A stretch of DNA of 32,000 bases from Candidatus Paracaedimonas acanthamoebae (GTDB lineage: Bacteria > Pseudomonadota > Alphaproteobacteria > Caedimonadales > Caedimonadaceae): positions 630,001 to 662,000 of the forward strand of contig CP008936.1 of the NCBI GenBank assembly GCA_000743035.1, given 5' to 3'. The position numbers were made by a program, and so were the translations under genes. Shown piece by piece: positions 19,669 through 29,115 of this stretch; position 1 is the first letter of the stretch, and every line of letters begins with the position of its first letter. Under the pieces are notes generated by a model, which saw nothing but the letters and a program-made list of their open reading frames with translations, did no database searches and was not told where the DNA came from.

Positions 19669-20157
19669 TTAAAAAACGAGATGGCTTCTAAGCATCCAGG
19701 ACGCTTTTTCATGTTCTCTAAGGCGACCAACAAGAAAATCGATGGTTCCTTCGTCAGGGATAAAGTCCACCAGATCTTTATCATTATTTAAATTGAGATC
19801 TTGAAGAACTTGACGAAGCTGTTCTATAAGTTTTTCATTATCATTTAGAAGGGCTGTAATCATCACTTCGGCTGTTTTCATATCATCATTTTCGGCTAAA
19901 GTAGCAAGCTTTAAAAACTCATGAAATGTCGCAGGAGCTCTTTCTCCCAACATTCGAATTCGCTCAGCAATCTCATCTATAGCGTCCGAGAGGATCTCAT
20001 ATTGATTTCCAAAAAGCTCATGGAGCATAGAAAAATTAGAGCCCGTAACATTCCAATGACAATTCTGAGTTTTAAGAGCAAGTAAATAAGTGTTTGCAAG
20101 CAATGTTTTTAGGTGCTCTACAGATTTTAAGCAAATTAAGCTATTCAATGTAACCAT
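19669..20157 (-). CDS. dps: Dps-family DNA-binding ferritin-like protein
   Basis: It has KTQNCHWNVTGSNFSMLHELF...DEIAERIRMLG ferroxidase-centre motifs. I prefer ATG 20155-20157, which has AAGGAG 6 nt upstream, over the track start at 20163. Confidence 0.85.
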   Translation of the reverse strand: MVTLNSLICLKSVEHLKTLLANTYLLALKTQNCHWNVTGSNFSMLHELFGNQYEILSDAIDEIAERIRMLGERAPATFHEFLKLATLAENDDMKTAEVMITALLNDNEKLIEQLRQVLQDLNLNNDKDLVDFIPDEGTIDFLVGRLREHEKASWMLRSHLVF

Positions 20158-20181
20158 CCCCATCTCCTTTAAATCAATAAT

Positions 20182-20199
20182 TTATCATATATCAGATAA
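20182..20199. promoter_or_regulatory. Inverted repeat TTATC-N8-GATAA just upstream of dps (candidate Fur/PerR-like operator)
   Basis: ttatc (20182-20186) and gataa (20195-20199) flank atatatca. The surrounding sequence is AT-rich, so a chance match is plausible. Confidence 0.15.
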
Positions 20200-20324
20200 T
20201 ATTTATGAATGGTAAAAAGCAGGTAGGATTAAAAAGACTTTTTATAAAAAATGGCCAAAGATCGTAGGAAAATATCATTAATATCATATAGTTAATGTAT
20301 TTATATTTTAATATACTAATATTA

Positions 20325-22898
20325 TTAATGATCAGATGTCAAAGGAATTTCTGTTTCTGTCTCTTTAGCCTTTACTTTATCATGTGATAAATTTACTGGG
20401 TGCTTATTATTACCAAGTGTTGATAGTGTTTCATGAAGTAGATCAACATGTTTATGATATAAGATATCCTGTTGTGAAGGAAATAATGGTGACTTTAAAC
20501 CATATGTAGAAGGAAATTTAGTACTAACTTGTCTAGTCCTTGAAAAGTCATCTAGAACATCACTGATCTCTCGAGTTTTCTTTCCTTTTGATTTAGATTG
20601 GCCATGAGAAGTAAGTTTGAATGTTGGAGGTGAATCTTCTAAATCAAAGGCAGGTTCTAAGCTTATGCTAGTTGCAACGTAAGCGGTGCTTACATCATCT
20701 TGAGCCAGTGTAGGAGTAGCAGCTGAACCATTTATAGCTTGTTTTCTATAGTAGTCAAAGTCTGTATCTGCGATACTTTTTTGCAGCTCAGAAGGTTTTG
20801 GAGTCCGTCTTCTCTTTAAAGGCGGTTGGTTAGGAGAAGTTGAAGCTTGGTTAGAACTTGAGGAGGCGGCCAGCCTTTCTTCAGCTATAGACTCATCTAC
20901 ACTAGAGGCAGTTTCTGATGCATCAGAGTCAGGTTCTGAGCTTATGCTAGCTGCAACGTAAGTGGTGCTCATATTATCTTGAGCTAATGGAAAAGCAACA
21001 GCTGAACCACTGCTAGAGCTTACCCCAGCTTGTCTTTCATAATAAGCACGCTGAGAAGCTTCGAGGCTTGTTTGAAATTTCCGAGGTATTGGAGTTCGTC
21101 GTCTTTTTAAAAGTGGTCGACTAAGAGAAGTTGGGGCTGAAGTTTGGTGAGGGCTTAAGGAGGTTGCCAGTCTCTCTTCAATTTCAGCACAAGAGATAGA
21201 ACCTTTTTCCAATGGAGAGGTAGAGCGTAAGTGTCTCTCCATATAGATGAGAAAGGGGTCCAATGTTGATTTCATAGAATCTTTAGAATAAGTCCATCTA
21301 TCATCTAAAGTTGGGTTATAACCTCGAACCAATGTGGGGGGCACTAAAGAACTGCTTATAGAAGTTATCCCAGCTTGTCTCAAAAGGGAGTCATATGTTG
21401 TTTGTATATGACCTTTAGACTCAACCCATCCATCTAAAGGTGGGGCGCTAGAAGAAGTTGTTGTAGATGTTGGGTGATGCTTTGAGCTTTTTCCAGCTTC
21501 AGCAAGAGAAGAATTTGCATCGCTACTTTGATCTGCCATGGAAGAAGGAACAGCAGCTTGTATTACAGATACTGCAGAGAACGGTGTTGCTGCCATAGTA
21601 CTATGAGTGCTTGAGCTGGTTGCTGGTGCAGGAGTTAGAGTACTTGTGCTACTGTTCACAGGCACAGAAGGAAGAGCAGGTGTTGGTATGGTTAGGGCTC
21701 CACTATTAAGTGGTGACGTTGACTGAGTATTGCTAGCAAGTGGATTGGCTACCGTTACTAAAACCTGGGCATTTGTGCTACTGCCTCCAACTATAGGAGA
21801 AGGAATAGTTACAGGTAAAGTTGCAGTTGCTACGTATCCTGGAATATTGCTAGCTATCTGTATTGGAGAAGTACTTGTCCTACTGCTCACAGGTGTAGAA
21901 GAAAGAACAGGTGTTGGTACCATAGGTACAAGATTAAGGAGTGTTGCTGCCATAGTACTATGAGTGCTTGAGGTGGTTAGTGTCACCGGAATTGGAGTGC
22001 TTGCACTGCTGCTTGCAGGTAGAGAAGGAAGGACAGGAGTTGATGAGATTGGTGCGCTACTATTGAGTGATAATGTTGCTTGAATATTGTTGGTGCTTGA
22101 GATGGTTGCCATAGCAACCGGCGCGCTTACGACTCTGTCCTCTGGTATAGAAAGAAGAGCTAGCTCTGGCACAACTGGTGCTATAGTAAGGGCTGGGGTT
22201 TCCTCACTATTTTTAGCGATTGAGCCGGGTATGATAACAGGAAACGGCGTATACGTCCTTTCTTGGCGAGGCATAGAAGAAAAAGCAAGCTTGTTTTGCG
22301 AAATCTGAGGACTAAAAGTTTTTTCTTTATCTGAGCATACATTTTCTAAATCCAAAGCCCTCTTTTTTTCTAGAGAGAATGCTTCTTCAGTCTTGTTTAC
22401 AGCATTAAAAAAGAATGGATTATCAAGGGAAAAAAGGATGTTGTCATCTAAAGACAAAAAAGAGGGTGTAAAATCAGTATGTTCTTCCATATTTTTTGTT
22501 GTGAGTTCTTTCTCAAGTTTAAAAGGAGGTTGAAAGTTTAAGTAGCTGATAATTCTTCTTTTTATTTTAAAAAATGCAATCTTTTTAAGGGGATTAAAAA
22601 CAATATTTCTACGTAAAAGTCGAAAGTGAGAGTCCTTGAGCCATTTAAATTGAGAAGTAAAGCCGAAATTTATCTTATGAGGCCTGAATTTATAAGACTG
22701 AGGTAAAAATAGAGAAGTATTTTGATAAAAAAAATGGCGTTTAGTTCCTTTTAAATTAATCGTTTCTCTTCTCGTAATTAAAAAAGAAATAGGTTTTTCT
22801 TGAGGTAGAAGATTGAACGCGGATAGTGTCGAAGAAGTTTGGTCAGGGGTATTTAACCCTAAAACAGCGATAAGAGAAAGCAACAACTTTGTTAGCAC
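20325..22898 (-). CDS. Orphan 857-aa Ser/Thr/Pro-rich repeat protein with a hydrophobic N-terminus
   Basis: This is a long uninterrupted ORF in a ~35-40% GC genome. It has a GTG start with AGAGG 9 nt upstream. The N-terminus MLTKLLLSLIAVLGL resembles a signal peptide. The layout is a basic Phe-rich N-domain (aa ~40-230), an STPAV low-complexity core (aa ~240-490) and a duplicated C-terminal module. I recognise no family. Confidence 0.7.
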   Translation of the reverse strand: MLTKLLLSLIAVLGLNTPDQTSSTLSAFNLLPQEKPISFLITRRETINLKGTKRHFFYQNTSLFLPQSYKFRPHKINFGFTSQFKWLKDSHFRLLRRNIVFNPLKKIAFFKIKRRIISYLNFQPPFKLEKELTTKNMEEHTDFTPSFLSLDDNILFSLDNPFFFNAVNKTEEAFSLEKKRALDLENVCSDKEKTFSPQISQNKLAFSSMPRQERTYTPFPVIIPGSIAKNSEETPALTIAPVVPELALLSIPEDRVVSAPVAMATISSTNNIQATLSLNSSAPISSTPVLPSLPASSSASTPIPVTLTTSSTHSTMAATLLNLVPMVPTPVLSSTPVSSRTSTSPIQIASNIPGYVATATLPVTIPSPIVGGSSTNAQVLVTVANPLASNTQSTSPLNSGALTIPTPALPSVPVNSSTSTLTPAPATSSSTHSTMAATPFSAVSVIQAAVPSSMADQSSDANSSLAEAGKSSKHHPTSTTTSSSAPPLDGWVESKGHIQTTYDSLLRQAGITSISSSLVPPTLVRGYNPTLDDRWTYSKDSMKSTLDPFLIYMERHLRSTSPLEKGSISCAEIEERLATSLSPHQTSAPTSLSRPLLKRRRTPIPRKFQTSLEASQRAYYERQAGVSSSSGSAVAFPLAQDNMSTTYVAASISSEPDSDASETASSVDESIAEERLAASSSSNQASTSPNQPPLKRRRTPKPSELQKSIADTDFDYYRKQAINGSAATPTLAQDDVSTAYVATSISLEPAFDLEDSPPTFKLTSHGQSKSKGKKTREISDVLDDFSRTRQVSTKFPSTYGLKSPLFPSQQDILYHKHVDLLHETLSTLGNNKHPVNLSHDKVKAKETETEIPLTSDH
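20619..21188 (-). repeat. Tandem duplication inside the orphan gene (units aa ~571-668 and ~670-760, offset 93-97 codons)
   Basis: IEERLATSLS..LLKRRRTPIPRKFQTS..YYERQAG..LAQDNMSTTYVAASISSEPD aligns with IAEERLAASSS..PLKRRRTPKPSELQKS..YYRKQAI..LAQDDVSTAYVATSISLEPA. At DNA level, a ~57-nt near-identical stretch starts at 20651 and again at 20930. Confidence 0.8.
21549..22070 (-). repeat. Duplication inside the STP-rich core of the orphan gene (offset 119 codons)
   Basis: The exact 32-nt repeat gtgttgctgccatagtactatgagtgcttgag occurs at 21584-21615 and 21941-21972. It encodes SSTHSTMAAT in both units. The flanking NSSAPISSTPVLPSLP and NSGALTIPTPALPSVP segments also align. Confidence 0.85.
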
Positions 22899-22976
22899 CT
22901 TATCGTACCTCTAATGAATGGCTTACCTAAATGAACTATTTTTTCGTAGATGAAAATCGCCTAAAAAGCAAGAAAA

Positions 22977-22997
22977 TTATTAATATTCTATTAATAA
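22977..22997. promoter_or_regulatory. Perfect 9-bp palindrome TTATTAATA-ttc-TATTAATAA ~80-100 nt upstream of the orphan gene start
   Basis: Read directly from the sequence. It is entirely A/T in an AT-rich spacer, so significance is weak. Confidence 0.15.
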
Positions 22998-23150
22998 ATA
23001 GTATCGTTTTCAATGAATTATTACTATAGATTTTTGTCTATTAAAGGTTGTAGTCGTATTGTTTTTTGCCTATTATCTTGCCTTTTAAAGGACTTTTTTA
23101 AAGAATCTTCGTTGAATTTCAAATTTATAAAATGTTGAAAATGAATAGAT

Positions 23151-23185
23151 AAAAAGAGCAAGAAAATTGTTTTCTTGCTCTTTTT
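23151..23185 (-). terminator. Rho-independent (bidirectional-looking) terminator after the peroxiredoxin gene
   Basis: AAAAAGAGCAAGAAAA-ttg-TTTTCTTGCTCTTTTT forms a 12-bp perfect stem flanked by A- and T-runs. It lies 13 nt downstream of the stop at 23198. Confidence 0.65.
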
Positions 23186-23197
23186 ATAAGCTTGTCT

Positions 23198-23734
23198 TTA
23201 AGCTACCTTTACGTGGTCTTGACCTTTTTGCCAGTTGCAGCCACAAAGCCCCTCGGATTGTAAACCATCAAGAATACGGAGCGTTTCTTCAACGTTGCGA
23301 CCAACTGAAAGATCATTAATCGACACGTGACGAATAATGCCATCTGGGTCAACTAAATATGTCGCGCGCAAACAAACACCTTCTTGTTTATGAAGAATCC
23401 CTAAAGCATGCGAAAGTTCTTTCCGAATATCAGAAAGCCATGCAAAAGGACTATTGTTAAGGCCTTCATGATGTTTACGCCAGGCAACATGAACAAAGTC
23501 AGAATCTGTGCTGCATCCATAAATTTCACAGTTTCTTTCTTTGAATTGCGTATAGAGATCACCATATCCCATAATTTCTGTAGGGCAGATGAAGGTAAAG
23601 TCTTTTGGCCAAAAGAAGAAAAGCTTCCACTTCCCGTTATCGCTTTGATCTGTGACGAGAGGGAAGTCACCAATCTCAGAAGACCTAACAGCTTTTAGCG
23701 AAAAAGCAGGGAATTTATCACCAACAGTAAGCAT
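23198..23734 (-). CDS. 2-Cys peroxiredoxin (AhpC/Prx1 subfamily)
   Basis: MLTVGDKFPAF..., the FTFICPTE peroxidatic Cys motif and a C-terminal GLCGCNWQKG are present. I prefer the internal ATG (residue 51 of the track ORF), which has AAGGAG upstream. The longer track ORF overlaps the upstream gene. Confidence 0.9.
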   Translation of the reverse strand: MLTVGDKFPAFSLKAVRSSEIGDFPLVTDQSDNGKWKLFFFWPKDFTFICPTEIMGYGDLYTQFKERNCEIYGCSTDSDFVHVAWRKHHEGLNNSPFAWLSDIRKELSHALGILHKQEGVCLRATYLVDPDGIIRHVSINDLSVGRNVEETLRILDGLQSEGLCGCNWQKGQDHVKVA

Positions 23735-23753
23735 TTTAACGCTCCTTTCGTTT

Positions 23754-25151
23754 TTAGTTTCCAGTTTGTAAACGTTCAATAAGTTGTTTAACCGTAGGTA
23801 TAAAGCCATCGGCATAAAATGGATCAGAAGCAAAGCGGTAGGCATTGTGCCCAGCAAACATAAGCTGCTGGTTAATATCGCCACCGTGTGAAATTTCTTG
23901 GAGCGTCTTTTGAATGCAGAATGAGCGAGGATCTGCCTTTCGGCCCGTTGTATAGGGATCAGTTTGTTGCCAATTACTAAAGAGACAAGCGCTTAAACAA
24001 CCCATACAATTAATTTGATCAGTCAGAATTTGGTTAGCATCTTCAGGCGTTACAAAGATAAGCGTACTATCAGGAGTCCTTAAACCTTCGGTAAAGCCTT
24101 GTGCAACCCATTGTTCAACATGCGTAAGATCATGTGCCGTCAGGTAAACAAGCCTTTTCCGTGCACCAACCTCATAAGGGCGTTCATGATCACCAACAGG
24201 GGCAGTTGTATAAGCAACCTGGCGTTGTGAACGTGCATGAAGTTCATTTAAGAAGTCGTTTTTAACCGCAGAAGAATAAAAACCGGTTGGGCTAAAGCGA
24301 TTTAAGAAAACATCGCCTTGCTTTAAGGTCAAAAGCTTCTGTTTCCATTCCGATGAAATTGGACTTTCTTGGGTAAGAAGGGGCCTTGTTCCAAATTGAA
24401 AGGCAATAGGACCAAGGTCAGGATTATCAATCCAATCTTCCCATTCCCTTAAGAACCATACGCCGCCGGCCATAATAATGGGTATATTATTGAGGCCAAA
24501 TTCAACCATTTGTTTCCTTAAAGCAAGAACACGCTCATAAGGAGGTTGGGGATGGGTTGGGTCTTCACTATTACTTAAACCGTTATGCCCTCCAGCAAGC
24601 CAAGGATCTTCGTAAACAACCGCTCCGAGTTTGTCGGGGAATTTGTGATAAGCTCTTTTCCATAAAGCATTAAAGGCACGTGCAGAGGAGACAATTGGAT
24701 AATAAAATATATTATAACGTGCTGAAATTTCAGCGACTTTATAAGGCATCCCAGCACCACATGTCACGCCATGAATAAGGCCTTGGGTGCCTTCAAGAAC
24801 GCCATGCAAGATTTCTTCACAAGCAGCCATCTCCCATAAGACATTCATATGAAGACGGCCTTGTCCATTTCGCATCTCATGCGCAATCTTTGCCTGTGCA
24901 ATGCCACCTTTTATGGCGTAAGCAACAAGTTCATGATGTCGTTCGCGCCTTGTTTTCCCATGATAAACAACTGGGATCAAATCTCCATTTTCATCGTAGG
25001 CATCGGCATTAACACCTGAAAAAGTACCAACACCGCCTGCAGCAGCCCAGGCACCTGAACTTTCACCATTGGAAACAGAAATCCCTTTCCCTCCCTCAAT
25101 AAGAGGAAGAACTTCTTGACCAGACATAAGAATAGGATTAAGGGACTTCAC
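23754..25151 (-). CDS. Nitronate monooxygenase / 2-nitropropane dioxygenase-family FMN oxidoreductase (long form)
   Basis: 465 aa. LPLIEGGKGISVS, GVTCGAGMP and IIMAGGV are consistent with an NMO TIM barrel. The stop lies ~19 nt from the peroxiredoxin ATG, so the two are probably co-transcribed. Confidence 0.6.
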   Translation of the reverse strand: MKSLNPILMSGQEVLPLIEGGKGISVSNGESSGAWAAAGGVGTFSGVNADAYDENGDLIPVVYHGKTRRERHHELVAYAIKGGIAQAKIAHEMRNGQGRLHMNVLWEMAACEEILHGVLEGTQGLIHGVTCGAGMPYKVAEISARYNIFYYPIVSSARAFNALWKRAYHKFPDKLGAVVYEDPWLAGGHNGLSNSEDPTHPQPPYERVLALRKQMVEFGLNNIPIIMAGGVWFLREWEDWIDNPDLGPIAFQFGTRPLLTQESPISSEWKQKLLTLKQGDVFLNRFSPTGFYSSAVKNDFLNELHARSQRQVAYTTAPVGDHERPYEVGARKRLVYLTAHDLTHVEQWVAQGFTEGLRTPDSTLIFVTPEDANQILTDQINCMGCLSACLFSNWQQTDPYTTGRKADPRSFCIQKTLQEISHGGDINQQLMFAGHNAYRFASDPFYADGFIPTVKQLIERLQTGN

Positions 25152-25205
25152 TAATTTCTCTCAAAGTTAACTTAGGTTATACTCTATTTTTTATAAATCT
25201 TCTAA

Positions 25206-27311
25206 CTAGCCTTCAATTTCTTGACCAGACTCTTGTTCAACAACTTTCATGCTTAGTTTAGCTTTACCACGATCATCAAAGCCTAATAGCTTAACATAAA
25301 CAGTATCGCCAACTTTAACGACATCGTCAACTTTCTCAACTCTTGTTGCTGCCAATTGACTCACATGAACAAGGCCTTGACGCTCGCCATAATATTCAAC
25401 GAAAGCACCAAAATCCATGATTTTAACGACAGAAGCTTTATAAATTGCGCCAACTTCAGGGTCGCCAGCCACAGCTTTTATTCTTTCAATAGCGGCTTCA
25501 ATATTAGCTTGATTGGAGCTTGAAATATCAACCTTTCCATCTTCAGCAATATCAATCTTAGTTCCTGTCGTTTCACAAATCTCTCGAATGACCTTGCCAC
25601 CTGGTCCAATAAGGTCACGAATGCGCTCTTTATTAATTTGGATACTGACAATCCGAGGTGCATTGTCTTTAACTGATGTCCTGGATTGATTAATTGCTTT
25701 TTCCATTTCTTTAAGGATATGAAGACGTCCTTCATGAGCTTGCTCAAGCGCAACTTTCATAATGTCTTCAGTAATGCTGGTGATTTTTAGGTCCATTTGA
25801 AGTGCAGTGATGCCACGAGATGTTCCTGCAACTTTAAAGTCCATATCTCCTAAGTGATCTTCATCACCTAAAATGTCTGTCAAAACAGCAAACTTATCTT
25901 TTTCTTTTATAAGCCCCATCGCAATACCTGCAACAGGTTGATTAAGAGGAACACCTGCATCCATTAAAGCAAGAGAGCTTCCACAAACTGTTGCCATTGA
26001 AGAAGAACCATTGGACTCTGTAATTTCAGAGACAACGCGAAGAGTATAAGGAAATTGATCTTTTGACGGAAGAAGCGGGTTTATAGAACGCCATGCAAGC
26101 TTCCCATGTCCAATTTCACGGCGTCCTGGAGAAGAAACGCGTCCTGCTTCGCCAACTGAATAAGGAGGAAAATTATAATGCAACATGAATCTTTGACGAC
26201 TTTCACCTTCAAGGGCATCAATGATTTGTTCATCTTGTGCAGTGCCAAGCGTCGTTACGACAAGCGCTTGTGTTTCACCTCGGGTGAAAAGAGCACTTCC
26301 ATGAGCTCTTGGGAGAAGACCAACCTCAACTTCAATAGAGCGGACAGTTTTTAGATCTCTTCCATCAATACGACGGCCTTGTTCTAAGATATCGCCGCGG
26401 ACAATCTCTTCTTCAAGTTTCTTAAACTGCGCATTTAAAACATCTTCAGGATGTGCATCCGCACTCAGAGCTTCAAATGTAGCGTGACGAACGCTTTCAA
26501 TTCCGGCGTAACGGATTTGCTTCTTTGTCTCTTGATACGCCTTCCGTAGATCATTTTTAGCAAAATTTTTAATTTGGGTAAAAACTGCTTTTTCCATCAC
26601 ACTATGATCAACGGTCTTCCATTCAGGCTTTCCAGCATCTTTCTTAAGCTTTTGGATAGTGTTAACAACCTTTTGAAATTCACTATGACCAAACATAACA
26701 GCATCAAGCATGGTTTTTTCAGAAAGCTCATGAGCTTCAGATTCAACCATAAGGACACCTTCTTCAGTTCCAGCTACGACAAGCTCAAGAGCGGATCCTT
26801 CGAGGTCTGCATAGGTGGGGTTTAAGATGAATGACCCATCTTTATAACCAACCTTAGCAGCAGCTAAAATTTGGTGCACAGGCAAGCCTGAGATGGCTAA
26901 AGCTGCAGACGCACCGATAATAGCCACTATATCGGGATCATTCTCAAGATCATGGCTTAAGAGCGTACAAATAATTTGTACTTCATTATAAAAGCCTTCA
27001 GGAAAGAGAGGGCGAATAGGGCGATCAATCAGTCTTGAGGTTAAAACTTCTTTCTCGCTTGGTTTGCCTTCACGTTTAAAAAAACCGCCAGGAATTTTAC
27101 CTGCTGCAAAAGCTTTTTCTTGGTAATGAACGGTCAAAGGAAAAAAATGTTGTTCCTTTGAGACATCCTTAGCACCGACGACAGTACAAAGAACACTTGT
27201 CTCGCCATAAGTTGCAACGACAGCTCCATCTGCTTGACGAGCAATTTTTCCTGTCTCGAGAACAAGCTGACGCCCTCCCCAATCCAGTTCTTGGCGGTGA
27301 ATTGTAAACAT
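25206..27311 (-). CDS. pnp: Polyribonucleotide nucleotidyltransferase (PNPase)
   Basis: 701 aa with two RNase PH domains, a KH domain ([10 protein letters not shown]) and an S1 domain ([14 protein letters not shown]). Confidence 0.97.
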   Translation of the reverse strand: MFTIHRQELDWGGRQLVLETGKIARQADGAVVATYGETSVLCTVVGAKDVSKEQHFFPLTVHYQEKAFAAGKIPGGFFKREGKPSEKEVLTSRLIDRPIRPLFPEGFYNEVQIICTLLSHDLENDPDIVAIIGASAALAISGLPVHQILAAAKVGYKDGSFILNPTYADLEGSALELVVAGTEEGVLMVESEAHELSEKTMLDAVMFGHSEFQKVVNTIQKLKKDAGKPEWKTVDHSVMEKAVFTQIKNFAKNDLRKAYQETKKQIRYAGIESVRHATFEALSADAHPEDVLNAQFKKLEEEIVRGDILEQGRRIDGRDLKTVRSIEVEVGLLPRAHGSALFTRGETQALVVTTLGTAQDEQIIDALEGESRQRFMLHYNFPPYSVGEAGRVSSPGRREIGHGKLAWRSINPLLPSKDQFPYTLRVVSEITESNGSSSMATVCGSSLALMDAGVPLNQPVAGIAMGLIKEKDKFAVLTDILGDEDHLGDMDFKVAGTSRGITALQMDLKITSITEDIMKVALEQAHEGRLHILKEMEKAINQSRTSVKDNAPRIVSIQINKERIRDLIGPGGKVIREICETTGTKIDIAEDGKVDISSSNQANIEAAIERIKAVAGDPEVGAIYKASVVKIMDFGAFVEYYGERQGLVHVSQLAATRVEKVDDVVKVGDTVYVKLLGFDDRGKAKLSMKVVEQESGQEIEG

Positions 27312-27352
27312 ACTTTTATTTATTCCTTTCTGAAGCCTTATAGAGGCATTTT

Positions 27353-27622
27353 TTAACGGCGCAATCCAAGGCGCTTAATAATCGTTTCATATCTTTCAAA
27401 ATTACTTCTTTTTAGGTAATCAAGCAGCCGGCGGCGACGGTTGACCATGATTAAAAGTCCACGACGTGAATGGTGGTCTTTGACGTGGGATTCAAGGTGC
27501 TTACTTAATTCTTTAATCCGGGTTGTTAAAAGAGCAACTTGTACTTCAGGAGATCCTGTATCATTTGTAGCAGTTGCGAAGTCTTTAATGATTTGTTGCT
27601 TTTGTTCATTTTGTAACGACAT
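27353..27622 (-). CDS. rpsO: 30S ribosomal protein S15
   Basis: 89 aa. It has [17 protein letters not shown]...[12 protein letters not shown]. Confidence 0.95.
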   Translation of the reverse strand: MSLQNEQKQQIIKDFATATNDTGSPEVQVALLTTRIKELSKHLESHVKDHHSRRGLLIMVNRRRRLLDYLKRSNFERYETIIKRLGLRR

Positions 27623-27641
27623 CGTGCATTCCTTTCTTTCG

Positions 27642-28529
27642 TTAATTTAATACAAATACGCGTTTGGGCAGAATCCTTACGCCCTTTATATGTGCAATCG
27701 CAATGGGGTTCTCTGCGGTATGAAGGCAAAGAAGACAAAGCTCGCCAGAAAGTGAAAGAGAGGTGTGGAGTTCTTGACCACAACGAACTTTCTCAACTTC
27801 CTGTTCGTTAATCATTACAGCCGGGATGTCGTCCAGCCCTGCAATGAGATTTTGCACATGGTCTCTTTTTAGAATCTTTTCATCACAAATTGCAAGCGTT
27901 TCATACGATAAAGCTGTATCTTTATAAAAAGAGCCGACAGCCGTTCGATCAATCATGCTCGCAAACCCATATGTTCCTAGGGATTTTGCCATATCGCGTG
28001 CAAGGCTTCGCACATAGGTTCCTTTTCGGCATTCCACTTCAAATTGCGCAATATCAGAAGATTTAACCTCAAGCAGCCTCAAAGAGTAAATTTGAGCTGG
28101 GCGAGGAGGAAGTGAAAAATCTTCACCACTGCGGGCTAAATTATAAGCCCTTTTCCCTCCGATTTTGATGGCAGAAAATCGCGGCGGAGCTTGGCTAATT
28201 TGACCGGTAAATTGCGGCAAGATCGCGATTATTTCTTCTTCAGAGGGGCGATAACATGAGGTCAGCATGGTATCACCTTCCGCATCATCTGTGGTTGTTT
28301 GCTCACCCCAAGTCACCTCAAAACGGTATGTTTTCTTTTGCTCTGAGAGATAAGGGATTGTTTTTGTTGCTTCTCCTAAAGCAATAGGCAGAATGCCTGT
28401 TGCTAAAGGATCTAACGTTCCAGCATGCCCCACTTTTGTTTTGGGGAATTTTCGTTTAATTGTGCGCACAACATCGGTTGATGTCATGTTAAGCGGTTTA
28501 TCAATAATAATCCATCCGTGGACAGACAT
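27642..28529 (-). CDS. truB: tRNA pseudouridine(55) synthase
   Basis: It has [13 protein letters not shown] and the [22 protein letters not shown] catalytic Asp motif. I prefer the second ATG, at 28527-28529, which has GGAGG upstream. Confidence 0.9.
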   Translation of the reverse strand: MSVHGWIIIDKPLNMTSTDVVRTIKRKFPKTKVGHAGTLDPLATGILPIALGEATKTIPYLSEQKKTYRFEVTWGEQTTTDDAEGDTMLTSCYRPSEEEIIAILPQFTGQISQAPPRFSAIKIGGKRAYNLARSGEDFSLPPRPAQIYSLRLLEVKSSDIAQFEVECRKGTYVRSLARDMAKSLGTYGFASMIDRTAVGSFYKDTALSYETLAICDEKILKRDHVQNLIAGLDDIPAVMINEQEVEKVRCGQELHTSLSLSGELCLLCLHTAENPIAIAHIKGVRILPKRVFVLN

Positions 28530-29046
28530 AAAAGCCTCCATTATTAAATTGTTTTTATAATTATTTACTGTTCAAGGGAAAAGACCCTAAATTTATGTTA
28601 TTGGCACTTCTGTATCTCCTTTATTTATTCTGTTTATAATCTTCCTTCAAGCGCTCGTATAAGGAAAAGAATTCAAATACTTATGATGATTTACGTTTAC
28701 CTTTATAGAATAACACAGTATGTTACTTTTTTCAAGAAAATTTGATAAAAAAAGGGTTTATTTTCAATAAAAAATGCTCTTATTAGTTAAGAGAAGAATA
28801 AAGGTTTTAGACGAGGTTAGACCGCCTAACGAAACTCTTGAACTTGCGCTTAAGATATTCAAGAAGGTTGTTCGGTTCTTTATGTCCGCTTTATTGTAGT
28901 AAGATCATTTATCATACTGATATACTTGTTTGCCTATACCACGATTTTTTCACCCATAAGCATTCTACCGTTAATTAATGCTTTTTGGAAATTTGTATCC
29001 CCAAAAATGTGATCATGTCTAGTTTTGAGTAACGTACAATCAGTAA

Positions 29047-29067
29047 TACAATTGGATTTTAATTGTA
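29047..29067. promoter_or_regulatory. Inverted repeat TACAATT-N7-AATTGTA ~50-70 nt upstream of the MFS gene (candidate operator/promoter)
   Basis: 7-bp perfect arms at 29047-29053 and 29061-29067. (G)TACAAT occurs three times between 29034 and 29086. No adjacent regulator gene is visible. Confidence 0.2.
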
Positions 29068-29115
29068 ACTTACGAAAGGTACAATGCTAGAACGAATCGA
29101 TTAGGAGAGCTTGTA

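Noticed and set aside
21730-22308. Two plus-strand ORFs (21730-21963, 22087-22308) inside the orphan gene
   Set aside because: They are antisense to the Ser/Thr/Pro-rich tract, where stop codons are depleted in several frames. They are short, lack ribosome-binding sites and give low-complexity products.
23401-23698. ORFs 23401-23673 (-) and 23408-23698 (+) within the peroxiredoxin gene
   Set aside because: They are alternative-frame or antisense ORFs nested in a well-supported conserved gene, with no independent signals.
23735-23884. 50-codon N-terminal extension of the peroxiredoxin ORF from GTG 23884
   Set aside because: The extension overlaps the 3' end of the NMO-like gene. The internal ATG gives the canonical MLTVGDKFP start and is preceded by AAGGAG.
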